DNA of 64,000 nt. Origin: Cirrosporium novae-zelandiae. Its lineage: Eukaryota. The translations under genes and the position numbers were made by a program. Below are positions 25,510 to 37,877 of the stretch, piece by piece (position 1 is the stretch's first letter; the number at the start of each line of letters is the position of its first letter). Below the pieces are notes generated by a model that was not told the DNA's origin, did not search any database, and saw nothing but the letters and a program-made list of their open reading frames with translations. Location: contig JAPETS010000007.1 in assembly GCA_026023565.1 (NCBI GenBank), positions 1 through 64,000 on the forward strand, given 5' to 3'.

Positions 25510-27797
25510 ATGTTTGCCGCCGGCCTTCCTGAGCTGCCCAGCGTACCAACGCGTCGAGCTTTACTAGTCCTAGACCCCCAAAAGGAGTTTCTTTCACCTT
25601 CCGGCAAGCTTCCCATAGCCAATGCGAAGCAGCTACTCCGACGAGTTTCCACTCTTGCCACATCCTTTCGAGGTTTTGGAGACGTTGTATGGGTAAAAAC
25701 CGAGTTCCAGGACTCCAGACCCATTACAAATAACGAAGGAGAAACAGTGATAGTTAATGATGAACTGGATGGTGAGGATATTAGCTCGTACAAGCAAACC
25801 CTACTAAAATAAAAGTACTAGAATCCTACAATTTGCAGGACATGTCCGCATCCAAAGCTTCCCCGATGGCCATAGATGGTCCTATAGCGGTCGTTGATGA
25901 CGATGATCTAGAAGCCGAGGACGATAGCGAGGCGTTTCTTTCCGTTGGCCATGGACAGGAGCCCAGATTCTGTCTTCCAAACACCTCAGGTGCCGAATTT
26001 GCTGACAGCATCAGCCCATTAATAGACGAACGACATGACCGAGTTTTTGTCAAGTCTGAATATTCAGCCTTTGCTACGAACTCGTTATTACTATCTCTTC
26101 GAATGAAACTCGTTACTGAGCTCTACATTTGTGGATCCTTGTCAAATATTTCAGTCTACGCTACCGCCTCTGATGCCGTGCGCTACGGATTTTCCATTAT
26201 TCTAATCGAGGACTGTCTAGGGTTTCGGAATCCCCTCTGGCACAGAAGAGCATTAAAACAAATGTTTGAAATTGTGGGTGCCGAGAGCATCAGAAGCGGT
26301 GAACTCTTGCATAAGATTATGGGAAGCAATTCAGAGCAATCTAGGATGCAGGCATCTGCAAGCAGAACAGGCACTCCTCCAGGAGGAAGTAGGAAGAAAC
26401 ATGACAAGTACGTGCAGCAGGGTGTAGCCTCCTCACCGTCATCACAGGATGCGGTTAACCGTCAATTGAAGGCACAGGAACAGCAAGTCGGCGAACCCTC
26501 TCGCACACAGAGTCTACTGAGGCAGCAATCACCCGCAACGAGCAAGGAAGAAGGTTTCTTGAATACGAATGTGAGTTCGGAAATGGAATATCACGTGCAA
26601 GCCACAACCGAAGCTTTGCAAGCCATACGCCTTTCAATGACAACCGCCAACAACTTATCAGACGAGGCACGAGTGCAAAGATGTTATTCAAAAGGAAGGG
26701 TAAGGTCATTAACACCAGATAAAAGCCATTCAAGATCACGTTCAGACCAAAGAGAATCCTCTTCCCCAACGGAATCCCAAGCAAAACCAAAATATACCTC
26801 CGAGGAGAGCAGGCATTTCAACCCTATTACTGAACCATCCAAGTCTGCTTCAAAACCTAAGATGCAGTCTTTAACTCATAAAATATCTCGCAAGGAACAA
26901 TCACAGGGTATTGCCGCTTCTTTTCGTGGGCCTTCCGACACCATTGGATCAGGTGATTCTCGTATTATTCTCGACGTATTCTCCTCTGATTTAGCCACAT
27001 CGGCATTCAAGAACCTCAAATCCGAAATAAAATGGCAAACAATGGCTCATCGTGCTGGTGATGTTCCACGCCTGGTTGCTGTTCAAGGCACAGTAAATGA
27101 AGATGGATCTGTTCCTATTTATCGACATCCAGCAGATGAATCACCACCACTGCATCCATTTTCTCCAACAGTACTAGCAATCAAGACAGAGTTGGAAGCC
27201 GAACTTGGAAAGAAGCTTAATCATGTATTGATCCAGCTTTACCGAACCGGAGAGGACAATATTTCAGAACATTCAGACAAGACTCTAGATATTGCACATG
27301 GATCAGATATTGTCAATGCCAGTTTCGGTGCTCAGCGAGTAATGACTTTGAGAACGAAGAAGGATCCTGCTGCCATTACAGATACCCTTCAACCGCTACG
27401 AGAGGTGCAGCGAGTAGCCCTCCCTAACAATTCTGTTTTCGTTCTTGGCTTGGAAACTAATCGATTCTATCTTCATGGTATTCGTCCGGACAAGCGCCCA
27501 GTCCAAGAGAAGACTAAAAATGAACTAGCCTACGAAGGTCAAAGAATCTCTCTTACTTTTCGACAAATTAGGACCTTTCTTGATGAACAGAATGGTCTCA
27601 TCTGGGGTCAAGGAGCAAAGGAAAAAGACCAAGTAAATGCACACAAAGTGATTAGCAGTGAAGAAGAGGTGGAACGCATGGTGATAGCATTTGGTAAGGA
27701 GAATCATAGGGTGAATTTTGATTGGGAGCAAGAGTACGGGGAGGGCTTTGATGTAGTTAATTTTGTCACCAAGGTACAGGATGTGGTGTCGATGTAG
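25510..27797 (+). CDS. Isochorismatase-family domain fused to a C-terminal AlkB-like 2OG-Fe(II) oxygenase
   Basis: N-terminal ALLVLDPQKEF, FVKSEYSAF, GSLSNISVYATASDA, LIEDCLG. C-terminal NHVLIQLY, HSD (HxD), LHGI and RISLTFR. One phase-1 intron at 25772-25821 joins ORFs 25411.. and 25833... Confidence 0.88.
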
Positions 27798-28193
27798 TTT
27801 CAAATTCATATCTAAACCAATCTTGTTTTATAAAAAGTAATTCGGTCTTGTATGAGACAACCCTCTTGATTTGATGGTTTTAGGTATAAAATGTTCATTA
27901 AGAATATTTTGCATGCATTGATCATCATAAGCGTCATAAGCCGTTTAGCCAACAAAACCTCTGAACCTCGGCCCAAGATCTACAGCAGGGACCCTCGAAC
28001 CTTTACAGCATCTCACCTGTGAAACCATGTAGAGATTCCTCTATGACTTTGTTGCTAATTCTTTCTAAGGTCTTACTTTTTCAGTACAATATTTCTCCCA
28101 TATCTCCCATATCTCCTTTCTCATTATCTCCATCTCTTCCAATCTCTAAATTCCAACTAGAAAGCCTCCTCTGACTTGCATTAATCCATAGCT

Positions 28194-29057
28194 ATGGACA
28201 GCAACAGCCCCACACCTCCAGCAAAATACTTCCTCATCACCCACCCTGTTCCTTATGTCGCTCATATTCAAATCAATCGTCCCACTAAGCTTAATGCCTT
28301 CTTCGAACCAATGTGGCATGAACTCTCCGCCCACGTCAATCACTACTCTCGCGACTCGTCTACCCGTTGCATACTTATTTCTGGCGCTGGCCCCGCATTT
28401 ACAGCAGGTCTTGATCTTCAATTCGCAATATCTTCTTCGCTTCTCGATCCTTCTAAAGGATCCTCTTCTAGAGACGACGCTGCTCGTGCGGCCACCCTGA
28501 TGCGACATCACATCGATGACTTCCAGGCTTGTATATCCAGCATCGAGAAATGCGAGAAGCCCGTGATCTGTGCCATGCATGGCTATTCATACGGTCTCGC
28601 TGTCGATCTTTCCTGTTGTGCGGATATTCGAATATGTGCATCGGATACAAAATTTAACGTCAAGGAGGTTGACATAGGGATAGCAGCTGATATTGGAACT
28701 TTGACGCGATTGCCAAAGGTAGTAGGAGCATATGGTTGGGTAAAGGAGGTGTGTTTAACGGGGAGGATTTGGGATGCGCAAGAAGCATTGAAGGTAGGGT
28801 ATGTGAATGAAGTTGTCGAGGGAAGTAGAGAAGAGGTAATACAGAAAGGGATTCAGCTTGCGACAAAAATTGCCGAGAAGAGTCCAGTAGCTGTACAAGG
28901 CACCAAAGAGCTGTTGAACTGGAGTCGTGATCATAACATTCCAGATGGGTTAAGATATACCAGTGTTTGGAACGCTGTAGGTGTGCAGACGGCAGATGTA
29001 AAGGAAGCCATCACAGCAACAATGAAGAAACGGAAGCCAACTTTCGAGAAGCTCTGA
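28194..29057 (+). CDS. ECH1: Delta3,5-delta2,4-dienoyl-CoA isomerase (crotonase superfamily), probably peroxisomal
   Basis: FTAGLDL, KPVICAMHG, KEVDIGIAADIGTLTRL (ECH1-type catalytic Glu/Asp). Intronless; ends in PTS1-like EKL. Confidence 0.9.
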   Translation: MDSNSPTPPAKYFLITHPVPYVAHIQINRPTKLNAFFEPMWHELSAHVNHYSRDSSTRCILISGAGPAFTAGLDLQFAISSSLLDPSKGSSSRDDAARAATLMRHHIDDFQACISSIEKCEKPVICAMHGYSYGLAVDLSCCADIRICASDTKFNVKEVDIGIAADIGTLTRLPKVVGAYGWVKEVCLTGRIWDAQEALKVGYVNEVVEGSREEVIQKGIQLATKIAEKSPVAVQGTKELLNWSRDHNIPDGLRYTSVWNAVGVQTADVKEAITATMKKRKPTFEKL

Positions 29058-31837
29058 TTGGATATATTTCTTGTTGACAGTTATAGGTGGAAGATGTCGA
29101 TGGGGAAAAGTACTTGGAGGTTGAGATTGTACATGGGTCTGGGGTTGAATAAATGGCAAGTATGTATGTCAGGTTTGGGCACATATTTTCTTGTATTAGT
29201 CTTTTGATGAGATTTGAACTCTATGTGGCCTCTATGTTGATGTTACAAATCTAAAAGAACCTCGCCACGGAATATATACATATTCTCAGATGGCAAGCAA
29301 GACAAGCATTTAAACCAAAGAGTCAAAATACACATGATACAATATTTATTTTCAAGTGTGACTTCACTCATGCATGACCTCTCTTTCTTCTGTTTCCTGC
29401 TTGAAGGATTATCTCAGGGAATACCCAAATAACACTGATCCCACAGAGTTAAGCCGTAACAACACAAGACTCAGGTCAAATACCTCACCAGCAAACCAGA
29501 CCCACCCTTTCACCCTCCATATAACGTCAACACCTTATCCTCATCCTCATCCTCAATATCCCCAGGACCCCCAACCCCTATCTGCAAAATCTAAAAAAAA
29601 AAGCCCTTCAAGTTCAACAAGAAACAAACAGGGGCACCGAGATAACTTTCCCACCATCATCACCATCACCCTCTCCTCCGCTCATCCCTCCCAGGAATCC
29701 AATACGGCTTTCACGAGCACTGCCACTGACGCCACCACCAACACCAACTCCGCCCATAATCACGACTCCTATCACACTTGATGATGATGGATCATTGAAG
29801 TGGAGAGAAGGAGGGGAAGGAGAAGGGGGTGGGAGAGGAGGAATAGCAAAGTTTGAATCTGTTCTACCACCACCACAAATCCCCCCTAAAAACCCTCTTC
29901 GGATTTTTAAAGGAGTAGGGTATTCACGACAACAAAAGGAACAGGAACAGAAACCGAATCGACAACCCCCCCTCTTCTCCTCTTCATCACCATCTCAACC
30001 ACCATCACCACTCAAAAGCCCCCTCCGCACCCCAAAAAAAGAATGCAAACATAAACCCTAGGTTGAAAACCCACTCACAAGTTCCATCTCTAAATTCTTC
30101 TTCTCCATGCTATATATCATAGGGAGAGAAGCCCCCATCACAAATCATTATTACGATTATTATCATCGCCATTGTTATGGCGATTACTATTACTATAATT
30201 CAATACGAGTAAGGGCCTCTAATGATGTTAATGTGGACATGAACATGGAGGATATGGAATCTACTTCATCCCCTCTTCATCCTCCTACTCTTACCAACGA
30301 CCTCTTTTATTTGCCCCCCTCCTAGACAGCAACAGCAACGACAACGACAATACAAAGGAATAATAACCATTCCAATACATTCCTTCCCTCCAACTTCAAC
30401 TTCAACTTTCAACCACAACCCAGGACAAAAAATCCCCCAAAAACAACTCTCCAACCCCCCCCCTTCCAGAAAAAAAAACCTAATAACCCATGAAAAAACT
30501 GTAAGAAAATCCCCCTTCCCTCCCATGTCCAATGTCCATGTCTCATTTACCCCTCCTCCTCCCCTCTCCCCCCTCGTCCAAAAAATACTAACCAACCAAC
30601 TAACCAACCAACCAAACTTCATCTTTATAGGCAGTCAACAGTCAACTCCACCACCACCTCAAAAAAAAAAACAAATCCCTGTCCCTGTCCCTCTCCGCGT
30701 TTGGATTTGAGAACAAGCAATAGGAAAGATTGGTTGGGAATTGATGAACTGGGATGCTATACTTATACCTAACCTTAAAAAAAAAGAAAGGAAAGGAATA
30801 TCTATAGACAGTGGGGGCTCAGTTAGTTGGTTGGCTTGGTTGGCTTGGCTTGGGGAAATGAATACGAAGTTGAAAATGAAAATGAGGATACTTGGATGGA
30901 TATGCAACTGCCTATTAGACATGGGGTATGGAGAAAAAAGATGCATGAATGAGTAAAAAACCTAAAAGTAATTTATTTGGGTACTTGGGTTGTAAAAATG
31001 TAAATGTAAGTGTAAATGTAAATGCAAATAGCCAGCTACTCGGTGCGAGGTGTGAGGTGGACTAGGTGGACTAGCTAGGAAGGGGATATAAGATATGAGA
31101 TGAGATAGGATATAAATGATAGTGATGGTCAAACTCCCCTATTCCTATCCCTGGTTCGGGTACCTCACCAAAAGGCAACTAGTAAAACAAATAGACAAAT
31201 AAATCAGATCCAGATCCAGATTTTCAAGTAGTAGCTATAAAAAAATTCCAAGTTACTTACTAACTGGCTCGTCAGAAAAATATGAATTGGCATTGGCATT
31301 AGTTACTTTATTTTGTTTGTTTATTTAAATGTTTGCGTTAAGCGCCCTCTTTCTCTTCATAAGTAGCAGTTAGATAAAATAAAGAAATTCAAAAGATGAA
31401 TATTTTTAAAACGCCTGAAACACCCTTTCTTCAATGCTTGATTTGCTTAATCTCCTTGCTATCACAGTCATTGAATACAAAACGAGATGGAAACGCTTCA
31501 CAGCTAAACTGTTCATTCCTTACATAAAAGAAAAAAGCCTGTTCAATTCAGTCCGTTGAGTCGAATGCCGTGGTGTATAGTATGAAGTTGGGGGGGTTCA
31601 AAGCTAGGGCGGACGTCGATCATTGAAATAAAAAAACAGTCAAGTTCTTTATCCTTGGGTGACGCCCTCTATGGCTTCCGGCTTAGGGACCGAATAGAAC
31701 ATAAAAAACATGTCGAGACCGTGATCGCTTGGGGTATGGAACGCTAGATATAAGTGTAAGAAAACCGAATTTAACCATATCCTTCTAGTTTCGTCAAAGG
31801 CCTTACCCCTTTCAAAGGTGTTTTGGCCCAATTTTAC

Positions 31838-33041
31838 CTAAGCCACAAGCTTTTTACCCAGCTCGAAGGGAATTCCATCCGTTCTACCTTTCCTCCCATT
31901 TTCCTTGTCTGCTTCATTTCCACCTCCACTTGGACTTCCTGTTGGGGGGGCCAAGGTATCAAAGTTGAGTATTCTTCTTGTCTCTTTGATGGTTCTAGGT
32001 GTTCTCTTGACCGCAGTCTTTGGGGTTCGGCCAGGTGTGCGGCCCCATAATGGTTGCGCAGGGCTAGGTGTCAGGTTGAGGAATTCAGCAAAGTCAGCAC
32101 TTCCAAGAGTTTGGCCAGGAGTGCCAAATAGATTACTAGGAGTGCTGAACATGGCTGCACCGCCCGGGGTAGTCATGACAGATGAAGGGAGGTCGAGACA
32201 TTGGGATGGAGGGGTCGATGGCGGGGGCATTGTGGTTTTAAATGGTTGGGCTAGCTTGGGAGTTGCGTTAAGGTCAAATAATTTACCGTCGACATCACGG
32301 AATCTACCCAATCGGCGGCTAGCAGGGGAAGGAGTACGTGGTGGAGAGGAGTCGATAATTGATGAACTTTGGTTGAAAGAGAATTCGGGAAGGTCTATCT
32401 CAGGATCTTCAGATGAGGTTGACAGCAGGCTAGGAGATGCATAGCCCATAGGAAAAGATTGCCCAGGGGGTGGCATAGAAAAGCCTCCGTCTAGATTATG
32501 ATATGTGGAATCCTGGTAGCGTGGAATTGCTTCAGGGACATCAGGATTCCAGGAATGAATCCGCTTTCTTGGAGGTGCATCCTCAGATATGGAGATAGTA
32601 CGCTTGCGTGAAGTGATAGAATTGGACGATATAGCAGCCGAAGGACGTGCATGGATTCTTTTAGATCGACGACGTGTACTAGGCTCAGGCACTTCAGAAA
32701 GATTATCGTCTAAAAAAGGAGGAGAACTGCGCAGGTGAATACGTCTTCCATGACTGTATGCGGTTCGTCCGGAAGATCTTTCTAAACTTGTTGGACGTTT
32801 TCGAGGTTGAAGTTTGATGAGCTCTTCGACAGCGACATCCAAGGGGGCATCGATTCCATATTTGCATCTGATACTTGCAAATAGTAGTCGATCCTTGGCT
32901 TCTCGGGCCATCTTTGGGTTGGGTAAGTAAAGTATATTATAAAGCATTGGATAGGTTGGACCATACCTGTCTGAGGCCTGCTCGCCTTAAGATTTTGGTT
33001 GATACATCTTCAGATGGGTATCTGACGGAATAGTGAACCAT
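31838..33041 (-). CDS. Whi5/Nrm1-like G1/S transcriptional repressor candidate (GTB-like motif plus disordered S/T-P-rich tail)
   Basis: Exon 1 33041-32967 (MVHYSVRYPSEDVSTKILRRAGLRQ), intron 32966-32912, then MAREAKDRLLFASIRCKYG, which resembles the Whi5-family LxxRLxxAxxK motif. Many SP/TP sites and DFAEFLNLTPSP. Confidence 0.7.
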
Positions 33042-35329
33042 TTCTCGGATGGATTGAATTTGATGCCGAATGAAGTTGGATCATAGGACGAAAGGACAAG
33101 AAGGACAAAAGTCTGCTTTTAAGTACCTCGTGTGTCAGTAAAAGGTACTATGAATCACAGTGGGGGGAAAGGGAACTTCATACTGATTGAGGTGTTATGA
33201 ATGAAGTGAGATCAACTCAGTATGGAGTGATTGGTTCAGCTGAGGAAGCTTTGAGACTCGAACTATTCAATTGAATTGTTATTGGTTTTCAGGGTGACCT
33301 AAACATCATTCAGATGCTGGGAAGTATTATAAGATAATGAAAGTTATCACAAGTATTTGTGAATAGAGGGAGGGACAGGAAGTATATCGAAGATGTTTTA
33401 GTGGTGAATTAATTGTATGTTGATGATTGAGGAGGTAATACAGTGTTCAGAGAATTAGAGGAGTTGAGGATAATCTTTTCTCACTCTGGAGTTTGGTTGC
33501 TAAGGCTGTTTTTGCACCTTTGCAGCCTTAGCAACCTTAGAAGTCTTTTTTTTTTTCAGCCTTTCTTTGGAAGGGAAAGTGGAAGCAGTAGCAAGCAACA
33601 TTTCTGACAGGGGTGGGGTTGATTAACTTGGGATGGTTAACTTGGGGGTGTTTGTTACTAATTAAGACCATTAGGGCTAGAGTCAATCCAAGCTGGTCCA
33701 AGTTGGTTAAGAGTTGCAGCTAGTGATCCGGGGGCTTTCAGATAGTTTTTGGTAGCCCATCAAGACCCATTATGGGCCACCATGGGCCATGATAACCCAT
33801 AATAGCCCAATAATGGCCCAATAATAGCCCATGGTCGGGCCCTTCAACCACAATCAACAACAAGCCATAGCTTGAACAAAAAACTTGAATTTCTCCCATA
33901 TCCTATCAATCCTAGTTGAGTTCGAGGAATGAAATATTCAAGCTTCCAGTCAAACCTGCAAGCTTCTGCAATACGCCGACATTTGAAACATGATCCATTC
34001 CATGTCTTTGGAACGCATGGTAGTTAACTTCTGTAGGTATTGAAAAGTACAGCACGCCTTGCATGGAATTCTGGGGCCTTTGATGTATCAAGAATTGCTG
34101 ACAGAGACTGAGTAAGTAGTCTAATTAATGGGCTAGACTTCACTTGTTTATTTGAAATATCATAGAAGTTAAGATTATATTTATACTCGATAGAGATAAT
34201 TATATACTTTAACACTTGAATAGAATATCCCGAATCGCCATGTTGATAGGTTGTTTCCTACCGTTGATAGCCCATCTCATGCGCCCATCCAAGCCCGTTT
34301 AAACGCCCATGGACAGGGGCTTAATCGTATCATTTTAACTGGATCATTCCAGGTATGATCAGCGCAGGAGGCCGCGTTTCAGTACGTCATTATCTACCGG
34401 TCTTAGACAACATCCCCCAAAAGTGATAGAAATTTTCTACCAAGTTGGCAACGTTACTTTTTAATCAAACTGATTAAACGTCTTTTGTATAATTTACCTT
34501 TGTTTTTTTTTAAAAAAAAAAAGGAAAGAAAACGTAAGATGGATACTGATGGAGATGCAGATAGAGTCGAAATAAAATTGTACAATGGTTTTAAGAAGGT
34601 ATCTCTCGAATCTGCCTTGTAAGTTACATCCTGTGTAATAAGGTAAAAAGGATAGAAAGTGGAGAATTTCTTGATCAATTGTCCATCATTTGCTAGGATG
34701 AGAAAAAAGGCTGGTGAATTAGATAGGACTAGTTCTCAGAACCGTCAAACATTCCCAACCACAATCAAGCTTGCTTGCCAGCTTTCCAGATCCGTCGATT
34801 GATTCGACTGGCCTAACCATCCCGCAAGAGATAGGACCCTCTCTACCTCTAACTATCCTCACTCCCTCTCACTCACTTGCTCAACTTACTCGCTGTAATT
34901 GTACAGCATTCACCCTTCCTTTTCTTCCTATCTATGACTTTTGCACTGTCGCTTCGTCCCATCCCCTCCTCCCTTTACCACACCTCATCTTAGTTCTTAG
35001 CTCTTCCAGGAGTGCTTCATGCTGGCAACATTGAAGCATCTCCTATATCCAATCTCCATATCCTCGCTATAGCTTGTCATTCGTTTTCTACCCCCTCTGC
35101 TGACCATTCCGATCGGCTACGTGCTGACTGGGTTCAACCCAAGCCATCAGTCGTTTCGATTACCAAAATTTATACGGTGGTTTGAATTTGATTTGAACCT
35201 GCAATCAATTTTTTTTTACCTACAGCTTCGATCGTTACTGCGGATTTCCCTCGTTTTCCCCATACACGCCTACCAGGTTAATCCCAGTGCTATCAGGGAA
35301 GGAACAGACTTTAGGAATCATACGAGGTG

Positions 35330-37877
35330 ATGCCTTTCTTCAAAGACTTCCGACGGCGGTCGAGGGTCAATTTAGGTCTGAAGGAGAAGGAAGATAACTC
35401 TTGTCGTGGTTCAACAAATGATTCAGTAAACGACTCAGCCAATGGGTCTAGCGGAACTGACACAACTGACACAACCGACACATCCGCTCCTCTCTCTAAC
35501 GGTACTGTCCCTACCTCGACATCCAGCTCGACTCTCAGCTCGCTCTACGGGTCAAACAACAATATACAGCTCCGCCTATCTTCACCAAATCTATCTACAA
35601 ACACAAAGACTTCAAATGGTTCGAATGCATCATCCCCAACCGTGAGACGACCTCCTATGACAGCCATCCCCAAGAGCAATCGATACAGTGTTGCTGGTAT
35701 GAGCATGGCATCCGCCGCAGGCTCATCCAAAGCTTTTCTACCTTTTTCTCCATATGCTCCAAAAATTACCTCTATTACCGATGGTACTTTGGTGCACCAG
35801 GATCTTCTTCTGATATCAGGTCAAATTGGAGACCCAGATAAGAAGGCTCTTGATGGAAACTTGGCCGTCTCTCATGCACAAGATACCTTCCCCATCATTG
35901 ATTGGCCTGTTTATGGCTCTTACTTCAAGGCTCTTATTTCACTCTCTCCAGGTCATAACAAAATCCGTTTCGAGTTCAGCTCTTCTCAACTCGCGACCAA
36001 ATCCTCTCTGCAATCCCACTATAGTATTTTAAACGTCCACTACCTTCCACGAAGCAATGCCCCCCCTCTTCAATTGGCCATCGTTCTCGCCAAAGATTCT
36101 CCTGAAATGTTCGATGCAGCCCCAGAGAAAATATATGGAGAAGGAAACAAGCTAGAAACAGCCATTCGCAAATTTCGTATGGCAGCCTATCTCTGGCAGG
36201 TATTTACTGCAGAGCAGATGCGTCGCAATGGATTCCCAAGGAGATGTTTTAGGTTCGAAGAAGAATGGCAAACGGGCACGCGCTATCTACGCGACCAAGA
36301 GTCACTACAAATGAGGAATGAAGCTAGGATACACATTGTTCGTTCAGACTTGACAGTGGAACAGCTCAAGGGCCTCGAAACCGAAGATAGTGATAGTACA
36401 ACTCTAGCCAGAAGTGTTTATGTCTCCTTGAAGGACTATTTTAGACCACTTGCTGGTCAGAAACAGTACGTCATTGCTTTATTGCTCGATTCTCACTGGG
36501 ATCCAAAGACCAAGGCAGCCTCTCTCGCCGCAAATTTTGGAGGTTGTTACGAACAGTTTGACGTTGCGATGATCGACTCTCAAGCTCTTCATAGCTATCC
36601 GTCCTGCGTGGAAGATATCATTCCCTCGTTTACAGATTCGACACCGACCGATCCTCGATATGTAGCCAACGAAGGAAATGTTGCAGCTGCAAGTAATTGG
36701 GAAACTGCCAGCAAGAGTTTGCAACATCATTTACATCAGATAGGCCATTTATTCGATTGCAGTCATTCGATGACGGGAATCATGAACTCAAACGCACTGC
36801 CTCGGTTCCATCGAACCTTTCTTACCCGGGAAGCATATTTGCTTAGCACTAGATCGGAAGGGCTCCAGACCTGCCTTCTTACAGATGAAACCATTTGGAG
36901 TAGGACGGATGCTCTGCATCTTCGATATCATCCCTGCTTTCGCCTCCCGAATGATCCTCGGCTTCACCCCGATAACACTGTTGCAGTGTGGCAAGTTGAA
37001 AAAGGAAAAATTATTCTCCAAGCTCCTTCCGGGGTAGCATTCGTCGAGGTCTTCACAGACGATGACGATCAGTTGTGTCGAGCACTTCTAGACTATGTTA
37101 CCCCGGATAGTAGTCCTGGTAGCCCATCTAAGGAAGCAATAATCAGCGAAAGTGATGTTCGTGCTAAGTTGCAAGAGGATAAGAAAAAGAAAAACATTAG
37201 TATTCGGGTCAATTCGGCGGGGAATGGCTCGCTTCGGATAAGAGATATTAGTGGCTTGAGGTCTTCTGTGAAGATACCCTTACCAAAAGGACAGATCGTA
37301 TCACAGAATGGATTTTCACAAACTGGGTATCGTGGCAATATTCTCGGGTCCTCTGAACTAGGACAAGCATCAGTGGATGTAATTCTAGATTACACCTGGA
37401 AGCCGACTAAGCTTCTTATTTCAATCAAAATTTACCATGGAATTGCTATAGCAGGACTCGAGTTCTGCTACGAGGACTTGACGAGCCAGGTATTTGGTTC
37501 CAAGGAGGCAGATGTTAATGTGGATGAGTTTCAGCTTAGTATGATCTTAACCTACTAGTCTATGCTGTTTATCTAGGCCAGCTAACAATATTTTCAGACA
37601 CACGAAAGGCAGAGGTCTTATCGGGCTTCTTCATCCGGGCGACCGACCGCATTGATGCTATCCAGCTGTTGACAAGCTACGGACGGAGATCCGGTGTATT
37701 TGGCAATGCGGTTGCTGGCACTGGGTAAGTTGATCTGATTAGAATGTAGACGGTACTAGAGAGCTAACTGAGTTCTGCAGTTATACCCTGGTGGCACCCC
37801 GCATGTACATGTTCGCAGGTGTTTCTGGTACTTATGGTGATTGGATTAATAGCATGTCGTTGATTATAAAAAGCTAA
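35330..37877 (+). CDS. YIL108W-like putative zinc metallopeptidase with C-terminal jacalin-like domain; catalytic Glu replaced by Gln
   Basis: PPLQLAIVLAKDSP, RKFRMAAYLWQ, FEEEWQ, LDSHWD, HQIGHLFDCSH...GIM. Introns 37539-37597 and 37725-37780 give a jacalin-like tail (IDAIQLLTSYGRRSGVFG...GVSGTYGDWI) ending at TAA 37875-37877. Confidence 0.88.

Noticed and set aside
28027..28032. ATG-TAG start-stop element upstream of ECH1
   Set aside because: A single short match, and I cannot tell whether it is inside the transcript.
29046..29070. Stop-codon readthrough giving a cryptic peroxisomal signal on ECH1
   Set aside because: Context is TGA TTG rather than the TGA CTA readthrough motif, and the extension ends in LVF, not a PTS1.
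31905..32444. Long antisense ORFs (also 7241..7780, 53550..54071, 28146..28580)
   Set aside because: Shadow frames opposite real genes, with no independent motifs.
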